Origin: Promethearchaeota archaeon
GTDB taxonomy: Archaea; Asgardarchaeota; Lokiarchaeia; Sigyniarchaeales; SOKP01
Assembly (NCBI GenBank): GCA_019057795.1
Contig: JAHLWS010000049.1
Location: forward strand, 90,696-154,695
DNA length: 64,000 bases
Direction: 5' to 3'
Shown here: positions 1 to 10,055 of the stretch, one piece after another
How the letters are laid out: each line of letters opens with the position of its first letter
Position numbering within the stretch: the first letter of the stretch is position 1
Made by a program: the position numbers and the translations under genes
Notes under the pieces: generated by a model
What the model was told of the DNA's origin: nothing
Seen by the model: the letters and a program-made list of their open reading frames with translations, nothing else
Databases searched by the model: none

Positions 1-202
1 CATCACAATCGAGTTTCAATAAATTTTTGTAGTTTTTATGTGGATTACCAAGGATTCCATACCTATTCATAAGACTTTTGGCTTCATCTTCATTTATAGA
101 AGAGATTCCCACAATTTCTACATTTGGGAGCAATGAATAAGAATGACAATGATGTTCGGCAATAAAACCAGACCCAATGATTCCTACTTTAATTTTATCC
201 AT
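1..202 (-). CDS. Gfo/Idh/MocA family oxidoreductase, N-terminal part (runs off the window edge)
   Basis: Manual translation MDKIKVGIIGSGFIAEHHCHSY... gives a Rossmann GxGxxA start typical of the family. Confidence 0.8.
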   Translation of the reverse strand, partial: MDKIKVGIIGSGFIAEHHCHSYSLLPNVEIVGISSINEDEAKSLMNRYGILGNPHKNYKNLLKLDCD

Positions 203-272
203 AATTATACCATCTTGATAATTTAATCTTGATTTAATTTAACTTGTTCAAATTTAAAATTATAACTGTTTG

Positions 273-1382
273 TTATTCCCAAAATTCTAATGCTGAGTAG
301 TATTTCTTAATTCCGGAAAAAGGACATGCCGCGATGCAATTTCCGCAATCTGAAGAGTTTTCGATCCAAAATTCAAAACATTTTTCCACATTTACGTAAT
401 ATTTTTTAACACCTGAATTGTTTGAAATGTTTGGTGGTTCAAAACTAGGCCCTTTGTCCATTGTTATGGCATTGGTTTCACAAGCTTCAGCGCATTTATA
501 GCAATTTTTGCAAAATTTATCAACTTTTTTAATAAATTTTAGATTAGGTTCATCCGATATTAATGGAAGGTCTGTAAAAACTTTACAAATCCGCATTCTT
601 GGTCCATATTCGGGCGTAATTAATAATCCATTTCTACCTAAAGCTCCAAGCCCAGCATCGACTGCCAGTGGTATACTCAGTGCTGTATCATTACCACATT
701 GGATTGCTCGATAACCTAAATTTCTAATAAATTCCCCGAGACACGAAATTACAAAAGCCATTTGTGAGTAAGCTATAGCAGATGCTGCGGCTGCGGGTTG
801 AGCAGGAGAGGTAGAAACCGCGTTTTTATCCATTTCAATCCCCATGACAATAACTTTGTTTATACCTTCTGGTAAATTGATAGGGCTTTCTAATATTGAA
901 TTTTGGACATTTCCTTCTCTAATATCTTTTTTTGAGTCTGACTCGCTAGTTAATGGAGGTCGTATGAAACCTGTTTTATAAATCCATTTCTCATTAACAT
1001 TAGCAATTCCTACTAATGAAGCACCAAAAAATTTTGCAGCTTTTTTTACTTGCTGAGTAAAGTTTATAGGATTCTCTATTTTATATTTCGATTGCATCCA
1101 ATTTTCTCCGTAATCTCCTCCTTCTGCTTTTTCTCGTTCCCAAGCAAAAGCAAAAGGAAACTTTTCGTATACTGTCCATCCAGCTGCAACTAACGCAAAA
1201 TCAATCCGAGAATATCCTTCCTTCTTTGAATTAATATGATGTTGTAAATTCTCATCAAACATTTTTCCGTAGGTTGTTAGTGTTTTGTCCCAAGTACGCC
1301 GGTAAAGTATATTATATTTTTCTTCAAATCTACGGTAAATGCTTTCTTTAATTTCATAAAAATTTTCTGTTCTTTTTTCCAT
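273..1382 (-). CDS. Reductive dehalogenase-like (RdhA/QueG superfamily) cobalamin and 2x[4Fe-4S] protein, no Tat signal
   Basis: KKAAKFFGASLVGI, AVDAGLGALGRNGLLITPEYGPRMR..VFTDLPL, FCKNCYKCAEACETNAI, CFEFW..CGNCIAACPF. Confidence 0.8.
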   Translation of the reverse strand: MEKRTENFYEIKESIYRRFEEKYNILYRRTWDKTLTTYGKMFDENLQHHINSKKEGYSRIDFALVAAGWTVYEKFPFAFAWEREKAEGGDYGENWMQSKYKIENPINFTQQVKKAAKFFGASLVGIANVNEKWIYKTGFIRPPLTSESDSKKDIREGNVQNSILESPINLPEGINKVIVMGIEMDKNAVSTSPAQPAAAASAIAYSQMAFVISCLGEFIRNLGYRAIQCGNDTALSIPLAVDAGLGALGRNGLLITPEYGPRMRICKVFTDLPLISDEPNLKFIKKVDKFCKNCYKCAEACETNAITMDKGPSFEPPNISNNSGVKKYYVNVEKCFEFWIENSSDCGNCIAACPFSGIKKYYSALEFWE

Positions 1383-1530
1383 TTGAACCCTTTCTCTTCA
1401 CTTATTTTATGCCAAATTCTTTTTTCAATTATTCTCTCTTAAAAAGAAAATAGTCCTTTAAATATTAGTTTAAAGCAAGAAATAAAATTTTTAATATAAA
1501 TTTATAAGTTAAAGTATAATAATTTTCACT

Positions 1531-1824
1531 ATGCCTATATATATACTTGCTACTAAACTTCAAAATCCTGATTTAGTAGAAAAAAGGAAAAAACAGGGTG
1601 AAAAATATCTAGAACTAGTTAAAGAGAAAGTTCCTAATATTAAATGGATCGCACATTACGCGATCTTAGGTCCTTATGACTTTCTTGATATTTTCGAAGC
1701 AAAAAATGAACTAGAAGCCGCAAAGGTTTCGCTGCTTTCCCGTGCTGCTGGAGCTACTTTCGCTGAGAGTTGGACAGCCATTCCATACACAGACTTTCTT
1801 AAAATAGTTGAGGACTTGAAATAA
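1531..1824 (+). CDS. GYD domain protein
   Basis: YAILGPYDFLDIFEA motif, 97 aa. Confidence 0.75.
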   Translation: MPIYILATKLQNPDLVEKRKKQGEKYLELVKEKVPNIKWIAHYAILGPYDFLDIFEAKNELEAAKVSLLSRAAGATFAESWTAIPYTDFLKIVEDLK

Positions 1825-1842
1825 AATAAAGAGATATAAATT

Positions 1843-2214
1843 ATGAAGCGTTTTATCGTACAACTAGGGTTTGGCATAGATCAGCACGGACACGATGATG
1901 ATTGCACTAATGCTGCTATTAAAGCTGTTAAAAATGCTATTTCAAATAACTGTCTTACGGGATTATTAGAGATTTGTGGCTTAAAAAAACCAAAAGATCT
2001 GTTAAAAATGATTGTACATGTAAAGATTGGAGCACCTTATCCCGATAATGTTAAAAAAGAAAAAGTCTTAAACGCGATTCCGTTTGGTGAAAAATCGATT
2101 GAGATAGAGAAGGGAGGTTTGGTTGCTAAAGGAATAATGATTAAAGAACTAGGAGATACTTCTGACAAAATAATTGTTTGTAATGCAGCTGTAACTGTAT
2201 CAATCACAGCTTAA
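1843..2214 (+). CDS. Lin0512 family protein
   Basis: GFGIDQHGHD..TNAAIKAVKNAI and IVCNAAVTV. Confidence 0.75.
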   Translation: MKRFIVQLGFGIDQHGHDDDCTNAAIKAVKNAISNNCLTGLLEICGLKKPKDLLKMIVHVKIGAPYPDNVKKEKVLNAIPFGEKSIEIEKGGLVAKGIMIKELGDTSDKIIVCNAAVTVSITA

Positions 2215-2245
2215 AATTCATAAAATAAATAAAGTTGATACAATT

Positions 2246-2818
2246 ATGGCGAAAAGATGCGAATGGGCAGAAAATAATGCCCTAATGGAGGAATATCACG
2301 ATAAAGAATGGGGTGCCCCTGAACATGATGACAAAATTCTATTTGAACTCTTAATTTTAGAAGGTATGCAAGCCGGTTTAAGTTGGAACACTGTACTTCA
2401 AAAAAGAGATAATTTTAGGAAAGCGTTTGATAATTTTGATTATATCAGAATTTCAAATTATGCAGAACTTAAAATTGAAGAATTAATGCAAAACAAGGGA
2501 ATTATCCGAAATCGATTAAAAATCCAATCAGTAATCTCAAACGCAAAATCATTCATTAAAATACAAGAAGAATTTAGTTCTTTTGATAACTATATATGGG
2601 GTTTTGTTAATAATAAGGTATTTCATAATTCTTGGAAAGCATTAGAAGAATTACCATCCAATACAGAACTTTCTGACAGAATTAGTAAAGATTTGAAGAA
2701 AAGAGGTTTCAAATTTGTAGGGTCAACTATAATTTACTCCTTTTTACAAGCAGTCGGAATTGTAAATGACCATACAATCTATTGTTTTCGGTATAGTGAA
2801 TTAAAAAATAAAGCTTAG
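2246..2818 (+). CDS. tag: DNA-3-methyladenine glycosylase I
   Basis: RCEWA, YHDKEWG, LEGMQAGLSW, IIRNRLKI, GFKFVGST, VNDHTIYC. Confidence 0.95.
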   Translation: MAKRCEWAENNALMEEYHDKEWGAPEHDDKILFELLILEGMQAGLSWNTVLQKRDNFRKAFDNFDYIRISNYAELKIEELMQNKGIIRNRLKIQSVISNAKSFIKIQEEFSSFDNYIWGFVNNKVFHNSWKALEELPSNTELSDRISKDLKKRGFKFVGSTIIYSFLQAVGIVNDHTIYCFRYSELKNKA

Positions 2819-4122
2819 TTTATAATTAAATTCTCTAAACCTATTTCTTTTTCAGCATATTCTTTTAAACCATGCCATTGGGCCTCAGTCGTACCAAAAT
2901 ACTTAAATATCGCGATACCTAAACCAAAATCAAAACCCTTCATTTGTCTTAACATTTCATAAATATTACACTCAACGGAGTTCGTGATAGCTAGAATCGG
3001 ACTATTGAATTCGTGAATTCTCTTTTTCATATTTCTCATAAAGTACCAATAAAAAAAACCACCCACCTTGCCCCAATACCATCCGTCGTCTCGTGTTCCC
3101 ATTAAATATGGGTATTCCATTGGAGATGCCACATCCAAAATTGAAGATAATTTTGCCCAATCTTGACCTAATCTTTTTTGCGTAAACATTTTCTTAGGAC
3201 CAGGAAGGCAAAACCATCCTGAAATACAATTGCTATTAACGCTTTTTATTGCGTTCTGGAGCTTTTGTGCGTATTCTGCAATTGTATCTGATTTAAACCC
3301 ATACCATTCATGACTTGTTAGTAATTTTGCTTTAGGTCCATATTTAGTTCTAAATTTTTCTAAACACCGATGGCAAGCGCATAACTCCATGAAAGCTCCA
3401 TCGTATCTAATATAATCGGCAAAGAACCCTTTTATAGGATAGCTTTTTACGACTTCTTTTGTAAGCTCTAATAAATAATTAATATGCTCGCTATTAGGAC
3501 ACATAAAACTTGTAGAGGGTATATAACCCTTTCCTCTTGCTCCTCTTGCCTTCCCTTGCTTCTTATCTATGTTTTCTGTTAGAAAGGGAACTTTTGATTT
3601 ATATTCTTTAAATGAAACATTCTCAGGTAATTCTACTCTCATTTCTCCCTCGTCGTGTGTTGAAATATCGCCTTTTCTATATTTTATACCATGCTTTTTT
3701 CCATTTTTCCCATGAACACTAACTCGTTCAGGATGTAAATTCCCTTGGTACGCGTCGTTCATGCTTGTAAAAGAAACCATTATTTTTATATTTCTATCCT
3801 TTCCAGCATCGCAAAACTCCCCCAATATATCTCTTCCAGTGGGATTCCATCCCACATCTGTATCCCACACGCATGCTCCATCAGTATCTTTGATAACAAG
3901 CCCAAAAACATTGAAGTGACACTTATCTAATTTATTAATAACTTCAATAATATTAAGTTTTTTTTCAGCAAATTCGTAATCTAACTTCCTAAAACCTTCG
4001 ACTCCTCTAACTGGCATTAATCCCATAGCATATATTCTTCTCACGCCGAATGCTGATGTTACGGTTTCAAACTTCTTAGGGTCAAACTCAATATATTCTG
4101 ACCAATCAAATTTTCTTTTCAT
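2815..4122 (-). CDS. Putative glycoside hydrolase-like TIM-barrel protein (GH10-like/DUF187 type)
   Basis: FFADYIRY, CACHRCLEKF and LGQDW..SPMEY pattern. Confidence 0.55.
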   Translation of the reverse strand: MKRKFDWSEYIEFDPKKFETVTSAFGVRRIYAMGLMPVRGVEGFRKLDYEFAEKKLNIIEVINKLDKCHFNVFGLVIKDTDGACVWDTDVGWNPTGRDILGEFCDAGKDRNIKIMVSFTSMNDAYQGNLHPERVSVHGKNGKKHGIKYRKGDISTHDEGEMRVELPENVSFKEYKSKVPFLTENIDKKQGKARGARGKGYIPSTSFMCPNSEHINYLLELTKEVVKSYPIKGFFADYIRYDGAFMELCACHRCLEKFRTKYGPKAKLLTSHEWYGFKSDTIAEYAQKLQNAIKSVNSNCISGWFCLPGPKKMFTQKRLGQDWAKLSSILDVASPMEYPYLMGTRDDGWYWGKVGGFFYWYFMRNMKKRIHEFNSPILAITNSVECNIYEMLRQMKGFDFGLGIAIFKYFGTTEAQWHGLKEYAEKEIGLENLIIN

Positions 4123-4377
4123 GTCTTCATCTCAATACACTCAAATTTTACTTTAATAAAATTAATTTAAATTTCTTAAATTTCCAAATTAGATAGTTTT
4201 TTAACATTGTTCTTTTAATAAATTTTTAAGACTATTTGATCTTTTAATAACAGATACACTTAAAGATTTATATTTGTAAATACGATTATTTATTATAGAA
4301 ATCGAATTAAAATATTTGTATAAATAGACGAAATATTTAAGATTTGAATTTGTGCTTGGGAGGAATACTGAACAAAA

Positions 4378-4908
4378 ATGTACGATGCAACCTTTAAGAT
4401 CATTATTTTTGGAGATGCTGGCTGTGGTAAGACCACTCTAACTCAGAGATTTTTGACTAATTTGTTTGTTTCTGATTCAAAAATGACCATTGGAGTAGAT
4501 TTTGAGGTTAAGAGCTTAGAAGTTGACAAGCAGAAAGTAAAATTACAAATATGGGATTTTGGTGGAGAGGAGAGGTTTAGGTTTTTACTTCCTACATATG
4601 TTAGAGGCGCTCGGGGAGGTCTATTCTTATTTGATATAACAAATTATTCTTCCATCGCTCACATAGACGATTGGCTTAACGTTATTAGGAAAGAAATTCG
4701 AGCCGAGGATATATTTCCCATTATTGTAGTGGGCGGTAAAGCAGATTTAACAGAGAATAGGGAAGTTACAGCAGAAGACGGAATAAAAATTGCGAAATCG
4801 AGAAATGTCGACGGTTTTATTGAAACTAGCTCTAAGACGGGAGAAAATGTTGAAAAAACGTTTGAGGCATTAACAAGGTTAATGCTTAATAATTCCAGAA
4901 GATACTAA
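4378..4908 (+). CDS. Rab-like small GTPase
   Basis: GDAGCGKT, TIGVDF, WDFGGEERF, GKADL, ETSSK. Confidence 0.95.
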   Translation: MYDATFKIIIFGDAGCGKTTLTQRFLTNLFVSDSKMTIGVDFEVKSLEVDKQKVKLQIWDFGGEERFRFLLPTYVRGARGGLFLFDITNYSSIAHIDDWLNVIRKEIRAEDIFPIIVVGGKADLTENREVTAEDGIKIAKSRNVDGFIETSSKTGENVEKTFEALTRLMLNNSRRY

Positions 4909-4995
4909 GTTAAAATAAAACTCATTTTTAAAGAATACCTTAAATCTTTTATTAAAGTATAATTTGATTACTACTATTTATTGAGAAGAATTTGG

Positions 4996-5859
4996 TTATT
5001 TATTATTTACAGGAACCTTTTCAAGTATTCGTGTGTTAATTCTCCTATTTAAAACCATAGTCTGATATTCCATATCCTTCTTGTATAGGTTCGCAAACCT
5101 TAGAAGTTGTTCAATCATTTCGATTTCTTTATTTTCATCTCTGAAATAATATCCTCCAAAATTTGGGATTTCTGCGTACTTTTTCTTCAAACTTTCTTGT
5201 AATTCGCTAGGTAATACATCAGTTCTATCCTTTATTGCCAAATTTAAAGCTTCTGATAGTTCAATATATCTTTCTTGTTTACTAAACTGACACAAAATGC
5301 ATTTTGAGCTTCTATTTTTAAGAATATATAAAATAATTATTCCAGTTAAATACCTAAAGTTATCGACTAATTCGTCGTAATTTCCTTTTTTCATGTGTTT
5401 TTTAACTATTATTTCCGCAATTGAGTATAAACTCGAAAAATAAATCGCTCTAGAAAAGTATGCTGGATCAACACAAAACAATCTAGTAAACCAAAATGCG
5501 CTAACATCTTTAGGTGGATCTTCAAAAAATATGTAGTAAACTAACCTTCCTTCTCTTTCTTTATATAATGTAGATTCTTTTTTCAACATATTTAAATATG
5601 TTGATATGGTTGAACGCGCGATTTCTTTAAAGAATTTTTTATATTCTATTTCGACATCTCTCGTAGTTACCTTTTTTTTTCCCTCGAGATAGAATTTTAG
5701 GATTATACCCAATATACGATTCTCGTGAAGTCTTCCTGTTTTAACTTGTGTTTCTTCCGATTCGTCTTCTCTAATGTTATAAATATCAATTAGTTCAGGA
5801 GCGATTTCGTGAATAACTTTTTCCAAAATATAAATGTTTAATTCAGTAATTTCTAACAA
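4996..5859 (-). CDS. Hypothetical protein with N-terminal winged-helix-like region, possible regulator
   Basis: IARSTISTYLNML..YKEREGRLVYY resembles wHTH. Confidence 0.5.
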   Translation of the reverse strand: MLEITELNIYILEKVIHEIAPELIDIYNIREDESEETQVKTGRLHENRILGIILKFYLEGKKKVTTRDVEIEYKKFFKEIARSTISTYLNMLKKESTLYKEREGRLVYYIFFEDPPKDVSAFWFTRLFCVDPAYFSRAIYFSSLYSIAEIIVKKHMKKGNYDELVDNFRYLTGIIILYILKNRSSKCILCQFSKQERYIELSEALNLAIKDRTDVLPSELQESLKKKYAEIPNFGGYYFRDENKEIEMIEQLLRFANLYKKDMEYQTMVLNRRINTRILEKVPVNNK

Positions 5860-6063
5860 TCCTCAAAATTGATATTTATATTTTAATAAAAAAAATGTAT
5901 ACTTTTATTAATTGACTTTCTAATCAAATAGAAGATTTAATCTATTTAATGTAAGTATATTAAAAATACAATAAATAAATAGAAACAATTAATCCTTTAA
6001 AATTTAAAAAAGAAAATAAAAAAAAAAATTGAAGTTTGATTCTATTAATACTTTTATTAGGGT

Positions 6064-7893
6064 TTATTCCCCGTGTTTTTCTTTCCAGATAGGATCGTTG
6101 ATTTGAAGTATCCTTCGTTGAACTTTACCAAGATTATTTTTAGGAACTTCTTGTATAAACTCGATCATCCGTGGACACTTCCATTTCGTCATGTTTTCTT
6201 GAGTCCAAGCTATTAATTCCTCTTCAGTGATCTTCCCAACATATTCGGGTTTTAATTCAACCCAAGCTTTTGTTATTTCGCCAACTTTTCCAGCAGGGTC
6301 CGGTAGACCAGAAACAGCAGCTTCTGATACGGCTTCATGCTTCATTAACATCGATTCAACTTCTTTTGGGAAAACAGAATGTCCAGCTACTTTAATTAAT
6401 TGTTTTTTACGATCTCTGATTTCAATTGTGCCATCTTCGTTCATAAAACCGATGTCACCAGTTAACAACCACAGTTTACCATCGTATTTTTTGATAGTAT
6501 CGTTTGTTTCTTCAGTTTGATTGAGGTATTCGTACATAACTTGGGGTCCATGGACACAAATTTCACCCGTATTTTCTTCTCCAAAATTAGTATCTTTTGG
6601 GTTTCCTAAGCATATAGGTCCTTCGTCAAAGTTTTCAGATGGCCAAATTCCCCATTCCGTACCCGGTACAGGTAGTCCAATAGTTCCGATAGGGCTTTCA
6701 CCAAATAAATTCCCTGCGCTAACAAGTGGAGTAGTTTCTGTTAATCCATAACCTTCCACAATATTTCCTCCCGTGTTTTTCACAAAAGCATCTCGAACTG
6801 GTCCATGTAAAGGTCCAGCTCCAGACGCACATAATGTTAATTTACCCATGACTTTAGGATATTTTTCTTTTATGTTTGGAAAATCAGCTATTCGCTTAAA
6901 TAAAATCTCAGCTCCCGCATATACTAAACCTTCAGGGGCAGGTAACTCTTCAATGTGCTCTAATAATTCTTCTGTAGGTGGAGGTGTTGGAAACATCATT
7001 ATCCATCCTCCAAAAGCAATAGTAGCGTTCATAATTATTGTATGGGCAAAGCTGTGAAAGAAGGGAAGAACTCCGACATTTCCAATTCCTGGTTTCTCAC
7101 CGCCTAACCAATATTTGGCCTGTTCCGCATTAGAAACCACATTAAAATGAGATAGAACAGCCGCTTTAGGTAATCCGGTTGTTCCACCCGTCATAATATA
7201 TGTAGCAGGATGAGTTTTAACATCAATCTCAACTTTTGGAACGTTTGGTTCTGTTTTTAATAGATTCATAAAGCTAACAGCTCCTTGGACGTTCACTTTT
7301 CCCTTTGGGATAATTCCTAATGCCTTACCCAAAGTTCTTTTAAAGCCTAAACCGTGGGCTAAATCAGCAAGATTAGTGTAAATTACCTTCTCAACAGTAC
7401 TTCTACCTAGGATTTCACCGATATATGGTAAATTTTTCTTTATTCGAGATTTACTCTTTTCGTCAAAGAACGCATCATAAGCAATAAGAAATTTAGCTTG
7501 TGTTACGTCTAATTGGTGTAAAATCTCTAATGGTTTGTATGTTGGATTGATTCCAGATGGAATTGCTCCAATCCTCGTTATAGCATAATATCCTATCACG
7601 TATTGAATACAATTGCCCATGAGCATCGCAACAACGTCGCCTTTTTTTACTCCGAGCTCGTGTAAAGCAGTTGCAAATCTTAACACGTAATCGTGAAATT
7701 CACTATAAGTAACCCATGTTTCTAAAAACCAAATAAAATTTAGATCGCCATACTTTTCTACTTGCGCATCTAAAAATTGGTTTACGGTTTTTTCTTCAAA
7801 TTTAACGTTTTTTGGAACGCTATCTGGCCACCACTTTTTGAACCAGATTTTATTTTCATTTACTTGATATGTATCTTCTTTTAAAATTGGTAT
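6064..7893 (-). CDS. Long-chain fatty acid--CoA ligase; start extended to ATA at 7893
   Basis: TGGTTGLPKA, EGYGLTE, TGDIG, GKVQRR. The frame stays open 69 codons upstream of 7686 and matches the paralog N-terminus (YQVNENKIWFKKWWP). Confidence 0.9.
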   Translation of the reverse strand: MPILKEDTYQVNENKIWFKKWWPDSVPKNVKFEEKTVNQFLDAQVEKYGDLNFIWFLETWVTYSEFHDYVLRFATALHELGVKKGDVVAMLMGNCIQYVIGYYAITRIGAIPSGINPTYKPLEILHQLDVTQAKFLIAYDAFFDEKSKSRIKKNLPYIGEILGRSTVEKVIYTNLADLAHGLGFKRTLGKALGIIPKGKVNVQGAVSFMNLLKTEPNVPKVEIDVKTHPATYIMTGGTTGLPKAAVLSHFNVVSNAEQAKYWLGGEKPGIGNVGVLPFFHSFAHTIIMNATIAFGGWIMMFPTPPPTEELLEHIEELPAPEGLVYAGAEILFKRIADFPNIKEKYPKVMGKLTLCASGAGPLHGPVRDAFVKNTGGNIVEGYGLTETTPLVSAGNLFGESPIGTIGLPVPGTEWGIWPSENFDEGPICLGNPKDTNFGEENTGEICVHGPQVMYEYLNQTEETNDTIKKYDGKLWLLTGDIGFMNEDGTIEIRDRKKQLIKVAGHSVFPKEVESMLMKHEAVSEAAVSGLPDPAGKVGEITKAWVELKPEYVGKITEEELIAWTQENMTKWKCPRMIEFIQEVPKNNLGKVQRRILQINDPIWKEKHGE

Positions 7894-8107
7894 TTTTGTT
7901 CACACACTTTATTATGTAAAATTTTAATAGTCTAAATGTAACATATTATTATTATTTTCGTTATTCTAGATGAAAAAAATTCTCTATTAAAAAAAGATAC
8001 TAATTAAATTAAAATAGAAAAATAAGACATCTATGAGTAGAGATAGTTCAAAATAAAGACACCACAACAAATCAAAATGAGTTTTTATTTAAAAAAACTT
8101 AAGAAAT

Positions 8108-9928
8108 TTATTTAGTTTCACCATACTTCTCTTTCCAGATAGGATCGTTAATTTGGAGCGCTCTTCGCTGTACTTTTCCAATTACATTTTTTGGTAAGTC
8201 TCCAATTATAGCAATGTGTTGAGGGACCTTATAGTGAGCCATGTTTTCGTTAGCCCACTCTTTAATTGATCTAGGCGACAAATCAGAATCGTCCCTAATG
8301 GAAACCCAAGCTTTTATTACCTCACCGTATTCATTGTGAGGTAGACCTGAAACAGCAACTTCTAATATATCGGTGTGTTTCATTAAAAGTTCTTCGACTT
8401 CTTTTGGAAAAACAGAAAACCCTTTGTACTTGATGAGTTGTTTTTTACGGTCCCTAATCTCAACGGTGCCATCTTCGTTCATAAATCCAATATCGCCAGT
8501 TAAAAGCCAAACTTTTCCGTTATATTCAATTAGCGCATCAGCAGTTTCTTCTGGTTGATTTAAATAGCCTTTCATTAGCTGAGGTCCGTAAATACATATT
8601 TCTCCGGTATTTTCAATTCCAAAATTCGCATCTTCTGGATTTCCTAAACAGATTGGACCTTTTGAAAAATCATCTGCGTGAAAAATGCCCCATTCTGTTC
8701 CTGGAAAAGGCATTCCTATGACTCCTACGGGGCTATCCCCAAATAAGTTGCCTGCACTTACCGCGGGACTGGCTTCAGATAATCCATAAGCTTCGACAAT
8801 TCGACCCCCTGTATTTTCTATAAACGCGTCTCTAACTTGTTTATGCAATGGACCAGCGCTAGATATGCACAACCTTAATTTTCCCATTACCCCAGGATAC
8901 CTCCTCTTCAAATGTTTTAATTCAGCTAATTTTATAAATAAAATCTCGGCTGCTGCGTAGACCAATCCTTCCGAACACGGCAATTTTTCAATAAGTTCGC
9001 ACAACTCATCTTGGGATGGTGGTGTGGCAAAAAGCATCATCCAACCTCCGATTGCTACTGTAGTGTTCATAACAACAGTGTGGGCAAAACTATGAAATAA
9101 TGGAATTATCCCAATGTTTCCTATACCTGGCATTTCACCGCCTAACCACTGTTTACATTGCTCCGCATTTGATACGACATTAAAATGCGTCAAAACTGCA
9201 GCCTTGGGCAAGCCTGTCGTACCCCCCGTCATAATATAGGTGGCTGGGTCCTTTTTAACGTCTATCTTTACATTTATATCAGAATCTCTTGGTTCTGTTT
9301 TTAAAAGGTCTTTAAACTTAATAGCATCTTCAAAATCACATTTTCCCGTCGGGATTTTTTTCAAAAACTTTCCAAGCACTTTTTTAGTTCCAAACATCTG
9401 AGCCAAATCAGCTATATTTGTATAAATCACCATTTCAACGCTTGAATTTTCAATAATCGGATTTATACAAGGTTTGTATAACGCGTCTAATACAATAAGC
9501 ATTTTTGGCTTAACAATGTCAAATTGATGTAAAATTTCAATAGGTTGATAAGTTGGATTAATTCCATTTGCGATTGCCCCTATTCTTGTAATTGCGTAAT
9601 ATGCTACTACATATTGAATGCAATTTGGTAAATGAATAGCTACTACATCGCCCTTCTTTATCCCCAAATCGACTAAAGCCGTGGCAAATCTTTTTACATA
9701 ATCTTGAAATTGTCTATATGTAACCCATGTATCGAGAAACCAGATTAAATTTTGATCAGGATATTTCTCAACTTGTTCGTCTAACATTTGATTTAAAGTT
9801 TTTTCTTTGAAATCTATGTTGTGTGGAACATTCGACGGCCACCACTTTTGGAACCAGCGTTTTTTCTCATCAACTTGATATGAATCGTTTAATTTTGATT
9901 CCATTTCGTAACCTTCTTTGTTTTGCAT
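8108..9928 (-). CDS. Long-chain fatty acid--CoA ligase, tandem paralog
   Basis: TGGTTGLPKA, EAYGLSE, TGDIG, GKVQRR. Confidence 0.92.
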   Translation of the reverse strand: MQNKEGYEMESKLNDSYQVDEKKRWFQKWWPSNVPHNIDFKEKTLNQMLDEQVEKYPDQNLIWFLDTWVTYRQFQDYVKRFATALVDLGIKKGDVVAIHLPNCIQYVVAYYAITRIGAIANGINPTYQPIEILHQFDIVKPKMLIVLDALYKPCINPIIENSSVEMVIYTNIADLAQMFGTKKVLGKFLKKIPTGKCDFEDAIKFKDLLKTEPRDSDINVKIDVKKDPATYIMTGGTTGLPKAAVLTHFNVVSNAEQCKQWLGGEMPGIGNIGIIPLFHSFAHTVVMNTTVAIGGWMMLFATPPSQDELCELIEKLPCSEGLVYAAAEILFIKLAELKHLKRRYPGVMGKLRLCISSAGPLHKQVRDAFIENTGGRIVEAYGLSEASPAVSAGNLFGDSPVGVIGMPFPGTEWGIFHADDFSKGPICLGNPEDANFGIENTGEICIYGPQLMKGYLNQPEETADALIEYNGKVWLLTGDIGFMNEDGTVEIRDRKKQLIKYKGFSVFPKEVEELLMKHTDILEVAVSGLPHNEYGEVIKAWVSIRDDSDLSPRSIKEWANENMAHYKVPQHIAIIGDLPKNVIGKVQRRALQINDPIWKEKYGETK

Positions 9929-10055
9929 TATAACAATAACAATTAATTAATATCACTTTGATAACTCAGAATTTAAAATTTTCTTTAAAGTTAAAAAATT
10001 GGAAAAAAGAGAAAATAAAATAAAAAAAAAATAAAATTGTTAATTTGGTTGAGAT

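Noticed and set aside
7893-7905. Selenocysteine readthrough of in-frame TGAs upstream of the non-ATG starts (also 29876, 52595, 60066)
   Set aside because: The TGAs fall in SD-like motifs outside homologous coding sequence, and no SECIS was recognised
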